Positions 1 through 9,182 of a DNA stretch of 64,000 nt are shown here, piece after piece (positions within the stretch are counted from its first letter, which is position 1; every line of letters starts with the position of its first letter). The stretch comes from Candidatus Hermodarchaeota archaeon (lineage in GTDB: Archaea > Asgardarchaeota > Hermodarchaeia > Hermodarchaeales > Hermodarchaeaceae), in NCBI GenBank assembly GCA_016839805.1, contig JAEOTO010000007.1, positions 21,171 to 85,170 of the forward strand, given 5' to 3'. The position numbers were made by a program, and so were the translations under genes. The notes under the pieces were generated by a model, which had not been told where the DNA came from, ran no database searches, and saw only the letters and a list, made by a program, of their open reading frames with translations.

Positions 1-680
1 ATATTTTCTTCAGGAACTTCAACATCATTGAGGGCTAGCCTGCCTACATGTGCGCCATGCATTCCCAGGAGGTCATATTCTTCGACGACCTCAAATCCTT
101 TAGATTTTGTTTCTACGATAAACGCTGTCATACCTTGCTTAGCCTTTACCTTGGGATCAGTAACAGTATAACAGAGAAGATAATCTGCAATTGGACCATT
201 CGTGATGAAGCGTTTCTCACCATTGATGATGTAGCTGTCATCTTGTTTCTCAGCACGAGTTTCGGTTCCTGCAACATCACTTCCAACGTTGGGCTCAGTG
301 ATTCCCAGGGCTCCAATTCTTTCTCCTTTTGCAACAGGTTTTAGGTATTTCTTTTTTTGGGCCACGGTGCCAAATTCGAAGACTGGATGAGCGAATAAAA
401 TGCAGGAGGCAACACGGGCCATATCAAAACCGGCATGAACTGCACAAATCTCTTCGGTGACTAATACTTCATACATCAAGCCCTTGCCGATACCACCATA
501 CTCAGAAGGATAGCGAGAGCCAAGGTAACCTGCTTTCCCAAATTTCCGTATAACATCCCAGGCTTCGAGTTTTCCTTGCTCGATATCTTCGGCAACAGGG
601 ACTAAGTTCCGTTGAACGAAATCCCGAACTTTTTGCTGGAACTTTATTTCATCTTCGGTTAAAAATGATAAAATCGTCAT
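1..680 (-). CDS. Acyl-CoA dehydrogenase (N-terminal part; runs off the window edge)
   Basis: Not in the ORF track. Manual translation from the ATG at 680 gives MTILSFLTEDEIKFQQKVRDFVQRNL...GERIGALGITEPNVGSDV...YIINGEKRFITNG, which includes the ACAD TEPxxGSD and NGxKxFITNG motifs. Confidence 0.9.
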   Translation of the reverse strand, partial: MTILSFLTEDEIKFQQKVRDFVQRNLVPVAEDIEQGKLEAWDVIRKFGKAGYLGSRYPSEYGGIGKGLMYEVLVTEEICAVHAGFDMARVASCILFAHPVFEFGTVAQKKKYLKPVAKGERIGALGITEPNVGSDVAGTETRAEKQDDSYIINGEKRFITNGPIADYLLCYTVTDPKVKAKQGMTAFIVETKSKGFEVVEEYDLLGMHGAHVGRLALNDVEVPEEN

Positions 681-790
681 TGTTCTCACATCAACCCGAA
701 ATGAAATCGTGAATCGAATCACAATAGTATGTGACGTTTAAAGTGCTTCGCAACACACCAAAAACAAACAAACGCTGGTTGCTTAGTTTA

Positions 791-1183
791 CTATTTTCGC
801 TTAGACTTATGCAAGGCGGAAACAGCTTGTTGTCGAGTTTGCCTTTTGATTTCTTCGATCTGCTCGATAGCAGGAAGAATTGTATCTACCAGTTCACTTT
901 TTGCCTGAATTCCCTCATGGGTTAAGAAAGCCACCGCCTCGCTTCGACTTTTGAATATATCCAAGGCAATTAACGCGTCAACTATGCGAAGATCACTATC
1001 CCATAATCGAGTCATAACGATGTTGTCACGGCTTTTCGCTTCAGGTAAATCCCCTTTCATGAAGAGTTGCTTCAACTCTTCCATTACTTCTTGCTTCAAC
1101 GCAGGGGCTACAGGTGAATCCTTAGCTTCAGTTGAGTTTTCTGCAGCTTTGCGTTTAGATTTTGATTTAACTGATCGTGACAT
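791..1183 (-). CDS. Putative ribbon-helix-helix (CopG/MetJ-like) DNA-binding protein
   Basis: VMTRLWDSDLRIVDALIALDIFKSRSEAVAFL fits the RHH strand-helix-SRSE-helix pattern. Confidence 0.6.
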   Translation of the reverse strand: MSRSVKSKSKRKAAENSTEAKDSPVAPALKQEVMEELKQLFMKGDLPEAKSRDNIVMTRLWDSDLRIVDALIALDIFKSRSEAVAFLTHEGIQAKSELVDTILPAIEQIEEIKRQTRQQAVSALHKSKRK

Positions 1184-1210
1184 CTGACTTCCCTACTAGT
1201 TAAGGTGATT

Positions 1211-1326
1211 GTAACATTGCATTTTAGCGTTACGCCTCACTATCTTTTTGCGTTACGTGCTTGCATCTAACATTAGGGATTCGTGAGGGCGACAAGCTTA
1301 TATAAGAGGTTAAGATACCACGTAAC
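1211..1326. promoter_or_regulatory. Divergent promoter region with a TATA box and repeated GTTACG boxes
   Basis: TTATATAA at 1298-1305; GCGTTACG at 1227-1234 and 1250-1257; inverted copies GTAAC (1211) and CACGTAAC (1319-1326). Confidence 0.45.
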
Positions 1327-1369
1327 TAGGCTTAACACTGTTAAGGAAACTAAATGGAGGAACAAAGGG

Positions 1370-1639
1370 TTGCCAGTAAAACAGAATAAAACTAAGACTA
1401 GTGAAGTCGAAATCCATCAAAGTATTGACGCCAGAGGGCTATATTGTCCAATCCCCGTCTATAAAACCCGACAAGCGGTCCTAGAAGCAAAATCACAAGA
1501 AGTAATTGAAATTCTAGCCGATGACCCTGCAGCTGAAGAAGACATTTCTCGCTGGGCCAAGCGTACGGGGAATACCATTCTCTCCCTCGAGCACTGTGAT
1601 GATTACATTCGGTTTCTAATTCAGAAAACAGATAGGTGA
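1370..1639 (+). CDS. tusA: TusA/SirA family sulfur carrier protein
   Basis: IDARGLYCPIPV (CPxP) and LADDP motifs. TTG start chosen downstream of a GGAGG RBS; the ORF track starts at 1283. Confidence 0.9.
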   Translation: MPVKQNKTKTSEVEIHQSIDARGLYCPIPVYKTRQAVLEAKSQEVIEILADDPAAEEDISRWAKRTGNTILSLEHCDDYIRFLIQKTDR

Positions 1640-2007
1640 AAGACATGACAAAGAAAATATTATATGTCGTAACCAGCGGGACCGATACTCCTGACAGATT
1701 ATATGCTCCCTTTGTTTTGGGTACAACTGCGAAGACCATGGGAATTGATGCAACGATTTATTTTATGATGAGGGGTGTTACAGTGATCAAAAAGGGAGAA
1801 GCAGAAAAAATCCAGATGGGAGCCTTCCCACCATTAAAAGAGGTTATTGATCAAGCTATCGACGCTGGTGTCGAGCTGATGGCTTGTGATCAAAGTACAC
1901 AAGTGCTGGGAATCGAACGGGGTGGTTACGTTGATGCGTGTGGGATAGTTGGCAGCGCGACTTTAAATGATCTTGCGCTGGAAGCTGATGCAATTCTTAC
2001 ATTCTAG
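1636..2007 (+). CDS. DsrE/DsrF-like sulfur relay protein
   Basis: KILYVVTSG...ATIYFMMRGV...ELMACDQS pattern with conserved Cys; overlaps the tusA stop codon. Confidence 0.85.
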   Translation: MKDMTKKILYVVTSGTDTPDRLYAPFVLGTTAKTMGIDATIYFMMRGVTVIKKGEAEKIQMGAFPPLKEVIDQAIDAGVELMACDQSTQVLGIERGGYVDACGIVGSATLNDLALEADAILTF

Positions 2008-2039
2008 AGAGAAACGGAGAAAGATGGGAGGGACCTGGA

Positions 2040-3266
2040 ATGGTGGACCAAATAAATTTCAACCACAGTGCTGGAGTACCCATTGATGAACGTGTGCTCC
2101 AAGTTATGGAACCCTATTTCCGTCAATTCTATGGTAATCCCTCATCAGTCCATAGTGCTGGGCAACAATCTGCAAAGGCTATTGAAAACGCGCGAGTTCA
2201 AGTAAGTCGGCTAATTGGAGCAGAAAGTAAAGACCGAATTATTTTCACTAATGGAGCCACCGAAGCTAATAATCTCGCTCTACAGGGGTTCGCCTACCGT
2301 CATCGTCGAAAAGGTAACCACATAATTATCTCCCAAATGGAGCACCTAAGTATCATTAACACCGCAAAATTTCTTAGCAAACAAGGATTCGAATACAGTC
2401 AAGTGAAAGTTGACGAATATGGAGTAGTCGATGCTCAAGCATTACAAGACGCGATTACTGATCAGACCATCTTGATTTCAATACAACATGGCAACAATGA
2501 AGTAGGAACTCTTCAACCAATCGCTGAAATCGCGAAAATCGCTAATGATGCCACAATTCCACTCCATGTTGATGCAGTAGCCAGTGCAGGTCAAGTGCCC
2601 ATAGAAGTCACTGATATGGGAATTTCAATGCTATCACTCTCCTCTAATGATATATATGGTCCAAAAGGTGTTGGTGCCCTATTTGTAAAACGAGGAATCT
2701 CAATTCAACCAATCTTGCTCGGTGGTGGTCAAGAATATGGGATTCGCTCTGGATCCGAAAATGTGGCAGGTATTGTTGGTATGGGAGCTGCCGCAGAAAT
2801 TGCTAAACAACAGCTCGAAAAAAATGCCACACACCTAAGACGCCTTCGCGATAGTCTGATTAAAGGTGTTTTAAATAAAGTGGATGAAGCCTACTTAAAC
2901 GGGCATCCTAAAAATCGGCTTCCCAATAATGCGAATATACGATTTGCGTTTGTTGAAGGTGAAGCTATCACTCTTCATCTTAGCTTCCAAGGATTCCTTG
3001 TAGCAACCAGCTCAGCTTGTACTTCAAAGACTCTAGCCCCCTCTCACTGTCTTCTCAGTATGGGCGTCTCTGAAGCTGAAGCTCATGGTGCCTTACAACT
3101 CACACTCGGTCGGGAAAATACCCTAAAACAAGTCGATCGATTCGTAGAGGTCCTTCCCCCAATCATTAAAAAACTGCGGGCTATGTCACCCCTATCAAAA
3201 GAGGTCCCCTACGATTTATATGAAGATGAGGAACATGACCATGAACATGGTCAGGAACACGATTAA
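2040..3266 (+). CDS. iscS: IscS/NifS-family cysteine desulfurase homolog (PLP lysine replaced by Asp)
   Basis: GNPSSVH, FTNGATEANN, NNEVGTLQP, HVDA and SSACTS (catalytic Cys) motifs. SSNDIYGPKG stands where SxHKxYGPKG is canonical. Confidence 0.92.
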   Translation: MVDQINFNHSAGVPIDERVLQVMEPYFRQFYGNPSSVHSAGQQSAKAIENARVQVSRLIGAESKDRIIFTNGATEANNLALQGFAYRHRRKGNHIIISQMEHLSIINTAKFLSKQGFEYSQVKVDEYGVVDAQALQDAITDQTILISIQHGNNEVGTLQPIAEIAKIANDATIPLHVDAVASAGQVPIEVTDMGISMLSLSSNDIYGPKGVGALFVKRGISIQPILLGGGQEYGIRSGSENVAGIVGMGAAAEIAKQQLEKNATHLRRLRDSLIKGVLNKVDEAYLNGHPKNRLPNNANIRFAFVEGEAITLHLSFQGFLVATSSACTSKTLAPSHCLLSMGVSEAEAHGALQLTLGRENTLKQVDRFVEVLPPIIKKLRAMSPLSKEVPYDLYEDEEHDHEHGQEHD

Positions 3267-3275
3267 GAAATACAA

Positions 3276-3683
3276 ATGGAGATGAATACAAACATGTACA
3301 CTCAAAAAGTCATTGAACACTTCACTAATCCCCGAAACATGGGTGAAATGGAAGACGCCGATGCCATAGGTAAAGTCGGTAATCCAACCTGTGGAGATCT
3401 TATCTGGATTTATATCAAAGTCAAAGATGACATTATAACTGATATAACCTTCAAGACCTTTGGCTGTGCAGCGGCCATAGCAACTAGTAGCATGATCACA
3501 GAACTAACCAAGGGGAAAACTCTGAAAGAAGCCTATCAAATAACGCGAAATGATGTGGCTGAAAATTTAGAAGGGTTACCGCCAATTAAGATGCATTGCT
3601 CAAATCTATCTGCTGATGGATTACATAAAGCCATTGAAGAATATCTTGAAAAAAATGGTCGCACAATTGATGATCTAAAGTAA
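3276..3683 (+). CDS. iscU: IscU/NifU-N Fe-S cluster scaffold
   Basis: HFTNPRN, NPTCGD, FGCAAAIA and LPPIKMHCS motifs, including three conserved Cys and the LPPxK motif. Confidence 0.95.
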   Translation: MEMNTNMYTQKVIEHFTNPRNMGEMEDADAIGKVGNPTCGDLIWIYIKVKDDIITDITFKTFGCAAAIATSSMITELTKGKTLKEAYQITRNDVAENLEGLPPIKMHCSNLSADGLHKAIEEYLEKNGRTIDDLK

Positions 3684-3695
3684 TAATCGAAAGGT

Positions 3696-4073
3696 TCAAT
3701 CAGAGGAATCGATGAACCTGTCGATGATCGTCTTGAAGGTCTCAGATGAGAGAGCACCTTTTATTAGGTAATCTTTTGCTCCCATCTGCATTACCTCTTG
3801 AACAGTTTCATCATCATCAATAGCAGTCAATGCTACGATAACGATATCTGGGTACTCACGGGTTACTTGGGAGATGAGGTCAGTCCCACTTATTTTAGGT
3901 AAAACGAGATCAACAAAGAAAATATCAGGAGGATTAGCCTTGATTTTTTCCAGTGCTTCTTCGCCATCAACCGCTGTTTCTATTTCATAATCGCGGAGTA
4001 AAAACTTGGCAGCACGAAGAAAAGTTTCTGAGTCATCTGCTAGTAGAATTCTAGGCAATTTCTTGGAACCCAA
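3696..4073 (-). CDS. Stand-alone response regulator (CheY-like receiver)
   Basis: ILLADD acidic pocket, phospho-acceptor VDL, LTA and DYLIK motifs; no output domain. Confidence 0.92.
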   Translation of the reverse strand: MGSKKLPRILLADDSETFLRAAKFLLRDYEIETAVDGEEALEKIKANPPDIFFVDLVLPKISGTDLISQVTREYPDIVIVALTAIDDDETVQEVMQMGAKDYLIKGALSSETFKTIIDRFIDSSD

Positions 4074-5505
4074 CTTGGGGTTTACCCTCCTTAAGCTGAG
4101 TGTAGATACAATATTGCGGAGTCGACGGATTAATCCCTCGCAAGATAGTGACCCCTTCTTTCACCTCTAACTCGACATGAATATCGGCTAAATCAGCAAG
4201 GTATCGGTTAATCTCGGGTGTACTACTGTACCCAATTGTTACAGCTAAATTACTTTCAGTTGCAGTATCGTTTGTGATGCGTGTAGCCCATCTCGGAAGT
4301 TCGCTAGGTCCGACCCATGAGTGTAACCATCCAAAGCCTATAACACTTAACAGATCTTGACAACCTTGGTTCCGTAGCTCTTCGAGAACCATACTCCAGG
4401 CATTTTCGAGGTCAGAGCTCTCTCGGAATGCGACGGTTTTGTAATATGGTTCACCAAGTTCGCCAGCAGCACTGGATACTCCCAGACTAGTAGCTGCACT
4501 AGTGAACAGGCGGAGATGTGTGTTGAGTTGGTCGACGAAGCCATATCGAAGTGCTGCCGCTTTCAATCTTCGGAAGCTAAGTTTGTTTGGTGGGACAATT
4601 ATGACTCCACTTTGTTGACGGAGGAAGTTAGCGATCATACTCAGAACTAGGGTGTTGACGACTTCGTTGGAAACGCCTTCTAAAACGTCTATGAAAAACG
4701 TGCTTCCACGGCGGAAACCTCCGAAAATGGTGTCCATTTCTTGGATGCCTGAAGAGAACCGCCCAGCTGCATGAGGAATGACTTGGAAGTTTGATATGCG
4801 ATGGGCTAGCTCTGCATCATAGGAATAAAGTATAGAAAAGTGACTGTTTCTTAATGAAAATCCCCGCTTACCTCTATCAATTGATGTTCCCCGTAATTTT
4901 AGCAATTGCATACTGCGCCACATACGGCCTTCCGTTTGTGTTTTTGTAACACAAATGATCCCGTCAACAATATGATCTAAAGGTGATTCCTCAATACCTT
5001 CTTGAACTAGAATAATTTTAGCGTAGAGGCTACGACCTAAATTCGTGAGAGCACTGGTTAGTCGTTGGGGATCAGCTTGGGCTGCTTCAATGATTGCATC
5101 AAAGGAGTCGATTACACATACAGGTGATGAAAGATCCCGGAGTTGATCATTGACAGCACTAATGAAAGTAAGTTCATCAGAGTATACAATTCGCTGCTCA
5201 ATTGCATCATCAGATCTTATCTGGCTTTCTGGCATTCCCATTAGTAGTGGTGTTGCATCAATGATATTGTTAGCTGGAAATTTTTCGAACGCCCAGGGGA
5301 ACTGTGTTCGTAAATTTTCACTCGCTACTCGTGAAGAGAGATAGATGAAGTTGTTCACTTTGAATAATTTCGGTAAGTGTTGTGAAAGTTCATCTAGAAG
5401 CGATAAAACAAAGGTACTTTTTCCGGTTCCCGCCCTTCCCTTAACTAATAGGGTTTGTCCTTGTTCCTGTTTGAGGAATTCAAGTAATTCCGGAGGGAGT
5501 GCCAC
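4051..5505 (-). CDS. GvpD-like two-domain KaiC/RAD55-superfamily ATPase
   Basis: Walker A GRAGTGKS, YLSSRV...FPW, VIDS and KLRG in the first domain. The second RecA-like domain (SSGIQEMDTIFGG) has a degenerate P-loop. Confidence 0.8.
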   Translation of the reverse strand: MALPPELLEFLKQEQGQTLLVKGRAGTGKSTFVLSLLDELSQHLPKLFKVNNFIYLSSRVASENLRTQFPWAFEKFPANNIIDATPLLMGMPESQIRSDDAIEQRIVYSDELTFISAVNDQLRDLSSPVCVIDSFDAIIEAAQADPQRLTSALTNLGRSLYAKIILVQEGIEESPLDHIVDGIICVTKTQTEGRMWRSMQLLKLRGTSIDRGKRGFSLRNSHFSILYSYDAELAHRISNFQVIPHAAGRFSSGIQEMDTIFGGFRRGSTFFIDVLEGVSNEVVNTLVLSMIANFLRQQSGVIIVPPNKLSFRRLKAAALRYGFVDQLNTHLRLFTSAATSLGVSSAAGELGEPYYKTVAFRESSDLENAWSMVLEELRNQGCQDLLSVIGFGWLHSWVGPSELPRWATRITNDTATESNLAVTIGYSSTPEINRYLADLADIHVELEVKEGVTILRGINPSTPQYCIYTQLKEGKPQVGFQEIA

Positions 5506-5519
5506 GTGCTTCTACACCT

Positions 5520-6068
5520 TCAGCCTTTCTTAGGAGGGGGATTTGTAGTGTGTTCCAAGAGAAACTTGGAGATTGTCTGAAAGAGCTCCTTGACATTTGT
5601 CCCATCTTTCGCGGATGTCTCCATATATCCAAGCATCTTGAGGTCCTTCGCCAGCTTCTCAGCCTCTGCAGGCTTAACAACCCGTGAATCGGCTAAATCA
5701 ACTTTATTACCCACCAAGAAGAGGAGAACCTCTGGTGCACCTTGTCTAACATCGTCAACCCACTCTTTAACGCAATCCAAAGTATCCTTACGAGTTACAT
5801 CATAAACGACAATAGCAAAATCTGTACCAAAGAGATATTGTACACGAACTCTTCGAAAGGATGTCTGTCCAGCTAGATCCCAGACCTGTAAGGAGACGAG
5901 TGAATCGGCGACTGATGTCTTAAATGAGGATATTGCCGCTCCAAGTGTCGCTTTGTAACCTTCATCAAAAGAATTCGTCATATACCGTTTTATAATAGAT
6001 GTTTTACCAACAGCATAATCGCCAATCAAAGAGACTTTGAACATGAATTGGCTACCTTTCGCTTCCAT
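5520..6068 (-). CDS. Rab-like small GTPase
   Basis: G1 GDYAVGKTS, G2 T, G3 WDLAGQ, G4 NKVD, G5 ETSAK; no C-terminal Cys. Confidence 0.93.
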   Translation of the reverse strand: MEAKGSQFMFKVSLIGDYAVGKTSIIKRYMTNSFDEGYKATLGAAISSFKTSVADSLVSLQVWDLAGQTSFRRVRVQYLFGTDFAIVVYDVTRKDTLDCVKEWVDDVRQGAPEVLLFLVGNKVDLADSRVVKPAEAEKLAKDLKMLGYMETSAKDGTNVKELFQTISKFLLEHTTNPPPKKG

Positions 6069-6168
6069 TTTTTTCTATCACCAACCCCTATCTGTTTACT
6101 CCCTGGGTACAATGGATTCGTTTAATGAAATTTAAGCCCTTGGTTTTCAATAAGATTACTCCTTGATG

Positions 6169-6909
6169 TTATTGGATAGGTGGTAAATCTGAAATCTGTA
6201 ATCCCTTGTCACCAATGATGAGCAGGAGAGGATTCATTTGGTGACTCGTTCCGCGCATCTTTCCAATTTCAATTGTTCGTATTCGAACATTTCCCTGGCT
6301 CATTAGCTTCATCATTAGAACTCCATCCATAAGAAATCCTTCCACATCGAAGCGTCCTATACTTGTTTCAGTGGGACTCTCTACAGCGACTAAGCAAGTG
6401 GCTTCGCTCATCCGTAGGGAACGGACTAAATTCAATAGGTCATGTCGAATACGAAATAGGTCCTTGTGTTGGAGGGTTAGTGTGGAAATGGAATCAATTG
6501 CTACACGTTTAGCTTTAATTCGTCGGATTTCACGATGAATTAATGATAGTAACGATTCCATCGTAAATTCTTCACGACCAAGCACAGGATGTTCAGGTTT
6601 CAACACTACTCGCTCGTTTTGAATCATAGGCGATGCATCGACTAGCGCTAATTTGCCGGTTTCCATCAATTCCTCAAGCTTCCATCCAAACTGGTCCATA
6701 TTACGGAAAGTCGAAGCAAGAGATTCTTCCATGGAAACTAAAACCCCGGGTTCATCGAACTCAGTTGCACCCATGTAGAGAAACTGGTTCATCAAGATCG
6801 ATTTTCCGGTTCCGGGGCCACCACTAATGAGGATCACTGAACCCTTGGGAAAGCCACCGTGCAATGCTTCATCTAACCCTGGAATGCCTGATTTGGTCTT
6901 TTCAGTCAC
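6169..6909 (-). CDS. Single-domain KaiC-family ATPase
   Basis: SGIPGLDEALHGGFP, Walker A GGPGTGKS, SMEE, VAIDS and KMRG motifs. GTG start at 6909 follows a GGGGG RBS; the ORF track starts at 6987. Confidence 0.9.
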   Translation of the reverse strand: MTEKTKSGIPGLDEALHGGFPKGSVILISGGPGTGKSILMNQFLYMGATEFDEPGVLVSMEESLASTFRNMDQFGWKLEELMETGKLALVDASPMIQNERVVLKPEHPVLGREEFTMESLLSLIHREIRRIKAKRVAIDSISTLTLQHKDLFRIRHDLLNLVRSLRMSEATCLVAVESPTETSIGRFDVEGFLMDGVLMMKLMSQGNVRIRTIEIGKMRGTSHQMNPLLLIIGDKGLQISDLPPIQ

Positions 6910-7109
6910 ACTAATCCCCCGATTAGGTGGTCTCCTTACAAAGAAGTAACCTTTATTGTAGTTTAATAGGTTTGTGTCTCTTCTCAATATAATGGTAAAC
7001 GACTACAGACTTCCCAAAACCTTTTTTCGTGTACAATGAGACTAGAGTATAGTTCGGGCTCCAGATTGGGTGATGAATGAAAGCACGTTAATTCTCAGAA
7101 GGGGCTATT

Positions 7110-7817
7110 ATGCTTCTCGATCCTATACTTCATGGAGGACTCCCACACGGTGCTAGTATTGTACTGGTAGGTTCTCCTGGTTCGGGAAAAACCTCTTTTT
7201 GCCTCCAACTAGCTCTTGAAGCAACTCATAATGGGCAAGATGCTCTTTACTTATCAACTGAGAATACACCGTCCAATATCATCCAACACTCTCGGAGCTT
7301 TGGCATTCCACTTGGATCGAATGTTAAAGAAAATAAAATTCAATTCGTCGATGCTTATAGCTGGCGCCTTGGCATGCGAAAAGATCCTTTTGCAATCAGT
7401 CGAATTAGTAATCCAGGTAACCTAAATGAGGTTAATTTGATTATTACTGATCAAGCAAAACTATTAGCGCCAGGTTCTTTGATTGTAATAGATTCTGTTT
7501 CTGGCCTAAGTCTTTCTGCTCCAGATGAACAGCGAATTCGTACTTTTGTTCATAGCTTGGCTCAACGGATATCTACAATGGATAAGATACTGATGTTCAT
7601 CCTGGAAGATCAAGCTCATGATATCAGACTGATAACAAACCTCCGATCACTTGTACATGGCTCAATACAAACTAAAACCGTTGATGGTGCCGATGGTTGT
7701 CTATACTGGAAGATTCGGATGTACAGTCTTATCGGGGCAAATCACGCTACACGCTGGTTTAATAATTTACTCGGGGCAAAGGGCTTAACACTAAATGGAG
7801 GGACGACCGATAAGTGA
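7110..7817 (+). CDS. KaiC/RAD55-family ATPase
   Basis: LDPILHGGLP, Walker A GSPGSGKT, YLSTE and VIDS motifs. Confidence 0.85.
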   Translation: MLLDPILHGGLPHGASIVLVGSPGSGKTSFCLQLALEATHNGQDALYLSTENTPSNIIQHSRSFGIPLGSNVKENKIQFVDAYSWRLGMRKDPFAISRISNPGNLNEVNLIITDQAKLLAPGSLIVIDSVSGLSLSAPDEQRIRTFVHSLAQRISTMDKILMFILEDQAHDIRLITNLRSLVHGSIQTKTVDGADGCLYWKIRMYSLIGANHATRWFNNLLGAKGLTLNGGTTDK

Positions 7818-8490
7818 GTTAATCACAGTGACCTTTGCACCCAAAGGGGCATTAGAAATCCCCCGAGGGTCTCAAATCCTAATCGTCGGTCCTCCAGGCG
7901 TCGTAAAAACTACTTTTGCACTTAGATATCTAGCAGACAGATTGAAGGGAAATGAACAAGCGGTATTTGCCACGACTCTTTGGTCCCCTGAGCAAGTACG
8001 TGAAACCATCAGTCAGTTCGGTAGTAAGAAACTCGCAACACAACTTCGTATAGCAGATGGAGTATCTTGCGTAACAGCTCGCCCTTCATCAGAACCGTTT
8101 GCTTTTCAAAATCTTTACGATTTAAACACTATCAGTCTCGTGATGATTCAAGCCATTTCTGATATCAAAAATGGACATCTCTGTATAGATAATCTAACAA
8201 CCCTCATGACTTACTCAGCCCCTCTGTTGGTAATTAAGTTTTTACAAGTACTTTGCGCCAGAGTCAAGGATCGAGGGTTAACAGGGCTTTACTTACTCGA
8301 AGATGGCGTCCACTCAAAAGAAGTCGTAGCTACTTTACGCTTTTCTGTCGATGGAGTTATCGAAATCCACGATGAAGAAGAATCCGATGAACTCATTCAC
8401 AAAATCCGATTAGTACATCTTCGTGGAACCCAAGTTGATACACGATGGCTATTATATAACGAAAAACGACCTCTCCGACGAGTATCATAA
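7795..8490 (+). CDS. KaiC/RAD55-family ATPase-like protein (degenerate P-loop)
   Basis: GPPGVVKT, CIDNL, VDGVIE and HLRG motifs; lacks the catalytic Glu (TTLW). Confidence 0.8.
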   Translation: MEGRPISELITVTFAPKGALEIPRGSQILIVGPPGVVKTTFALRYLADRLKGNEQAVFATTLWSPEQVRETISQFGSKKLATQLRIADGVSCVTARPSSEPFAFQNLYDLNTISLVMIQAISDIKNGHLCIDNLTTLMTYSAPLLVIKFLQVLCARVKDRGLTGLYLLEDGVHSKEVVATLRFSVDGVIEIHDEEESDELIHKIRLVHLRGTQVDTRWLLYNEKRPLRRVS

Positions 8491-8564
8491 TTGATACTCT
8501 GATGACTACTAAATATTGGCCTATTATTGCAAAGAAGTATATTTCGAGTGATTAAGAGTGGAAT

Positions 8565-9182
8565 CTAAGCTTCTTGAATACTTTGAACGTTTGTTGGTCT
8601 CAATCTTTGATTTACTTCTTCTGAATTCGGAGTTTCTTTTGATTTCGGTGGAAAAAGATAGTAGATCATGTCCTCAAAAGTCTCGATAAAACCGGGGACC
8701 AGTACGATAGCTACAATACAGAGAATAAAAACACCTACTACTCCAAGGACAAAACTCATGGGGTAGTGAGCAAGTTCCCAAGGGAGTATTCCCAAATACA
8801 CTAACCAGATTTCATATACGACTCGAAGAACGTTTGCCACAAAAAGCATGATAGTGACAACTATTACTGCAAGAATTTTTCTGGGCCATGTCCCCCGTGG
8901 CAATGGCAAAATCAATCCAGCAAATACGGCGATGACTTGAATACCAGTACATTCACGTACGATTTGGAATTGTTGAAATCCTATGACGGCAACGTAAACG
9001 GCTCCATGCAACCAATCGACAGTGATGACTGAAGGAACCCCTATCCACGTGAGTAAAATTGCTGAAACGTAAGCGGTTGGAATAGCAAGAATGAATGGTT
9101 GGGGTAAGAAGTATACTAAAAGCGTTACAATCACAGCAATACATAGGTACAAAACAAGCGCTCTAGGAGTCGGCCTTTCCAT
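8565..9182 (-). CDS. Archaeosortase/exosortase-family membrane protease
   Basis: Multi-TM protein with IVRECTG (Cys), NVLRV (Arg) and AHY (His). Start placed at ATG 9182 because the upstream extension reads as the antisense of another gene. Confidence 0.8.
   Translation of the reverse strand: MERPTPRALVLYLCIAVIVTLLVYFLPQPFILAIPTAYVSAILLTWIGVPSVITVDWLHGAVYVAVIGFQQFQIVRECTGIQVIAVFAGLILPLPRGTWPRKILAVIVVTIMLFVANVLRVVYEIWLVYLGILPWELAHYPMSFVLGVVGVFILCIVAIVLVPGFIETFEDMIYYLFPPKSKETPNSEEVNQRLRPTNVQSIQEA

Noticed and set aside
4051-5505. Gas vesicle gene cluster
   Set aside because: Only a GvpD-like ATPase is present; no gvpA or other gvp genes.
5520-6068. True prenylated Rab ortholog
   Set aside because: There is no C-terminal Cys motif or hypervariable tail, so it is called Rab-like only.
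6169-8490. Circadian Kai clock
   Set aside because: These are single-domain KaiC homologs without the evident ST phosphosite pair, and no kaiA or kaiB is in the window.
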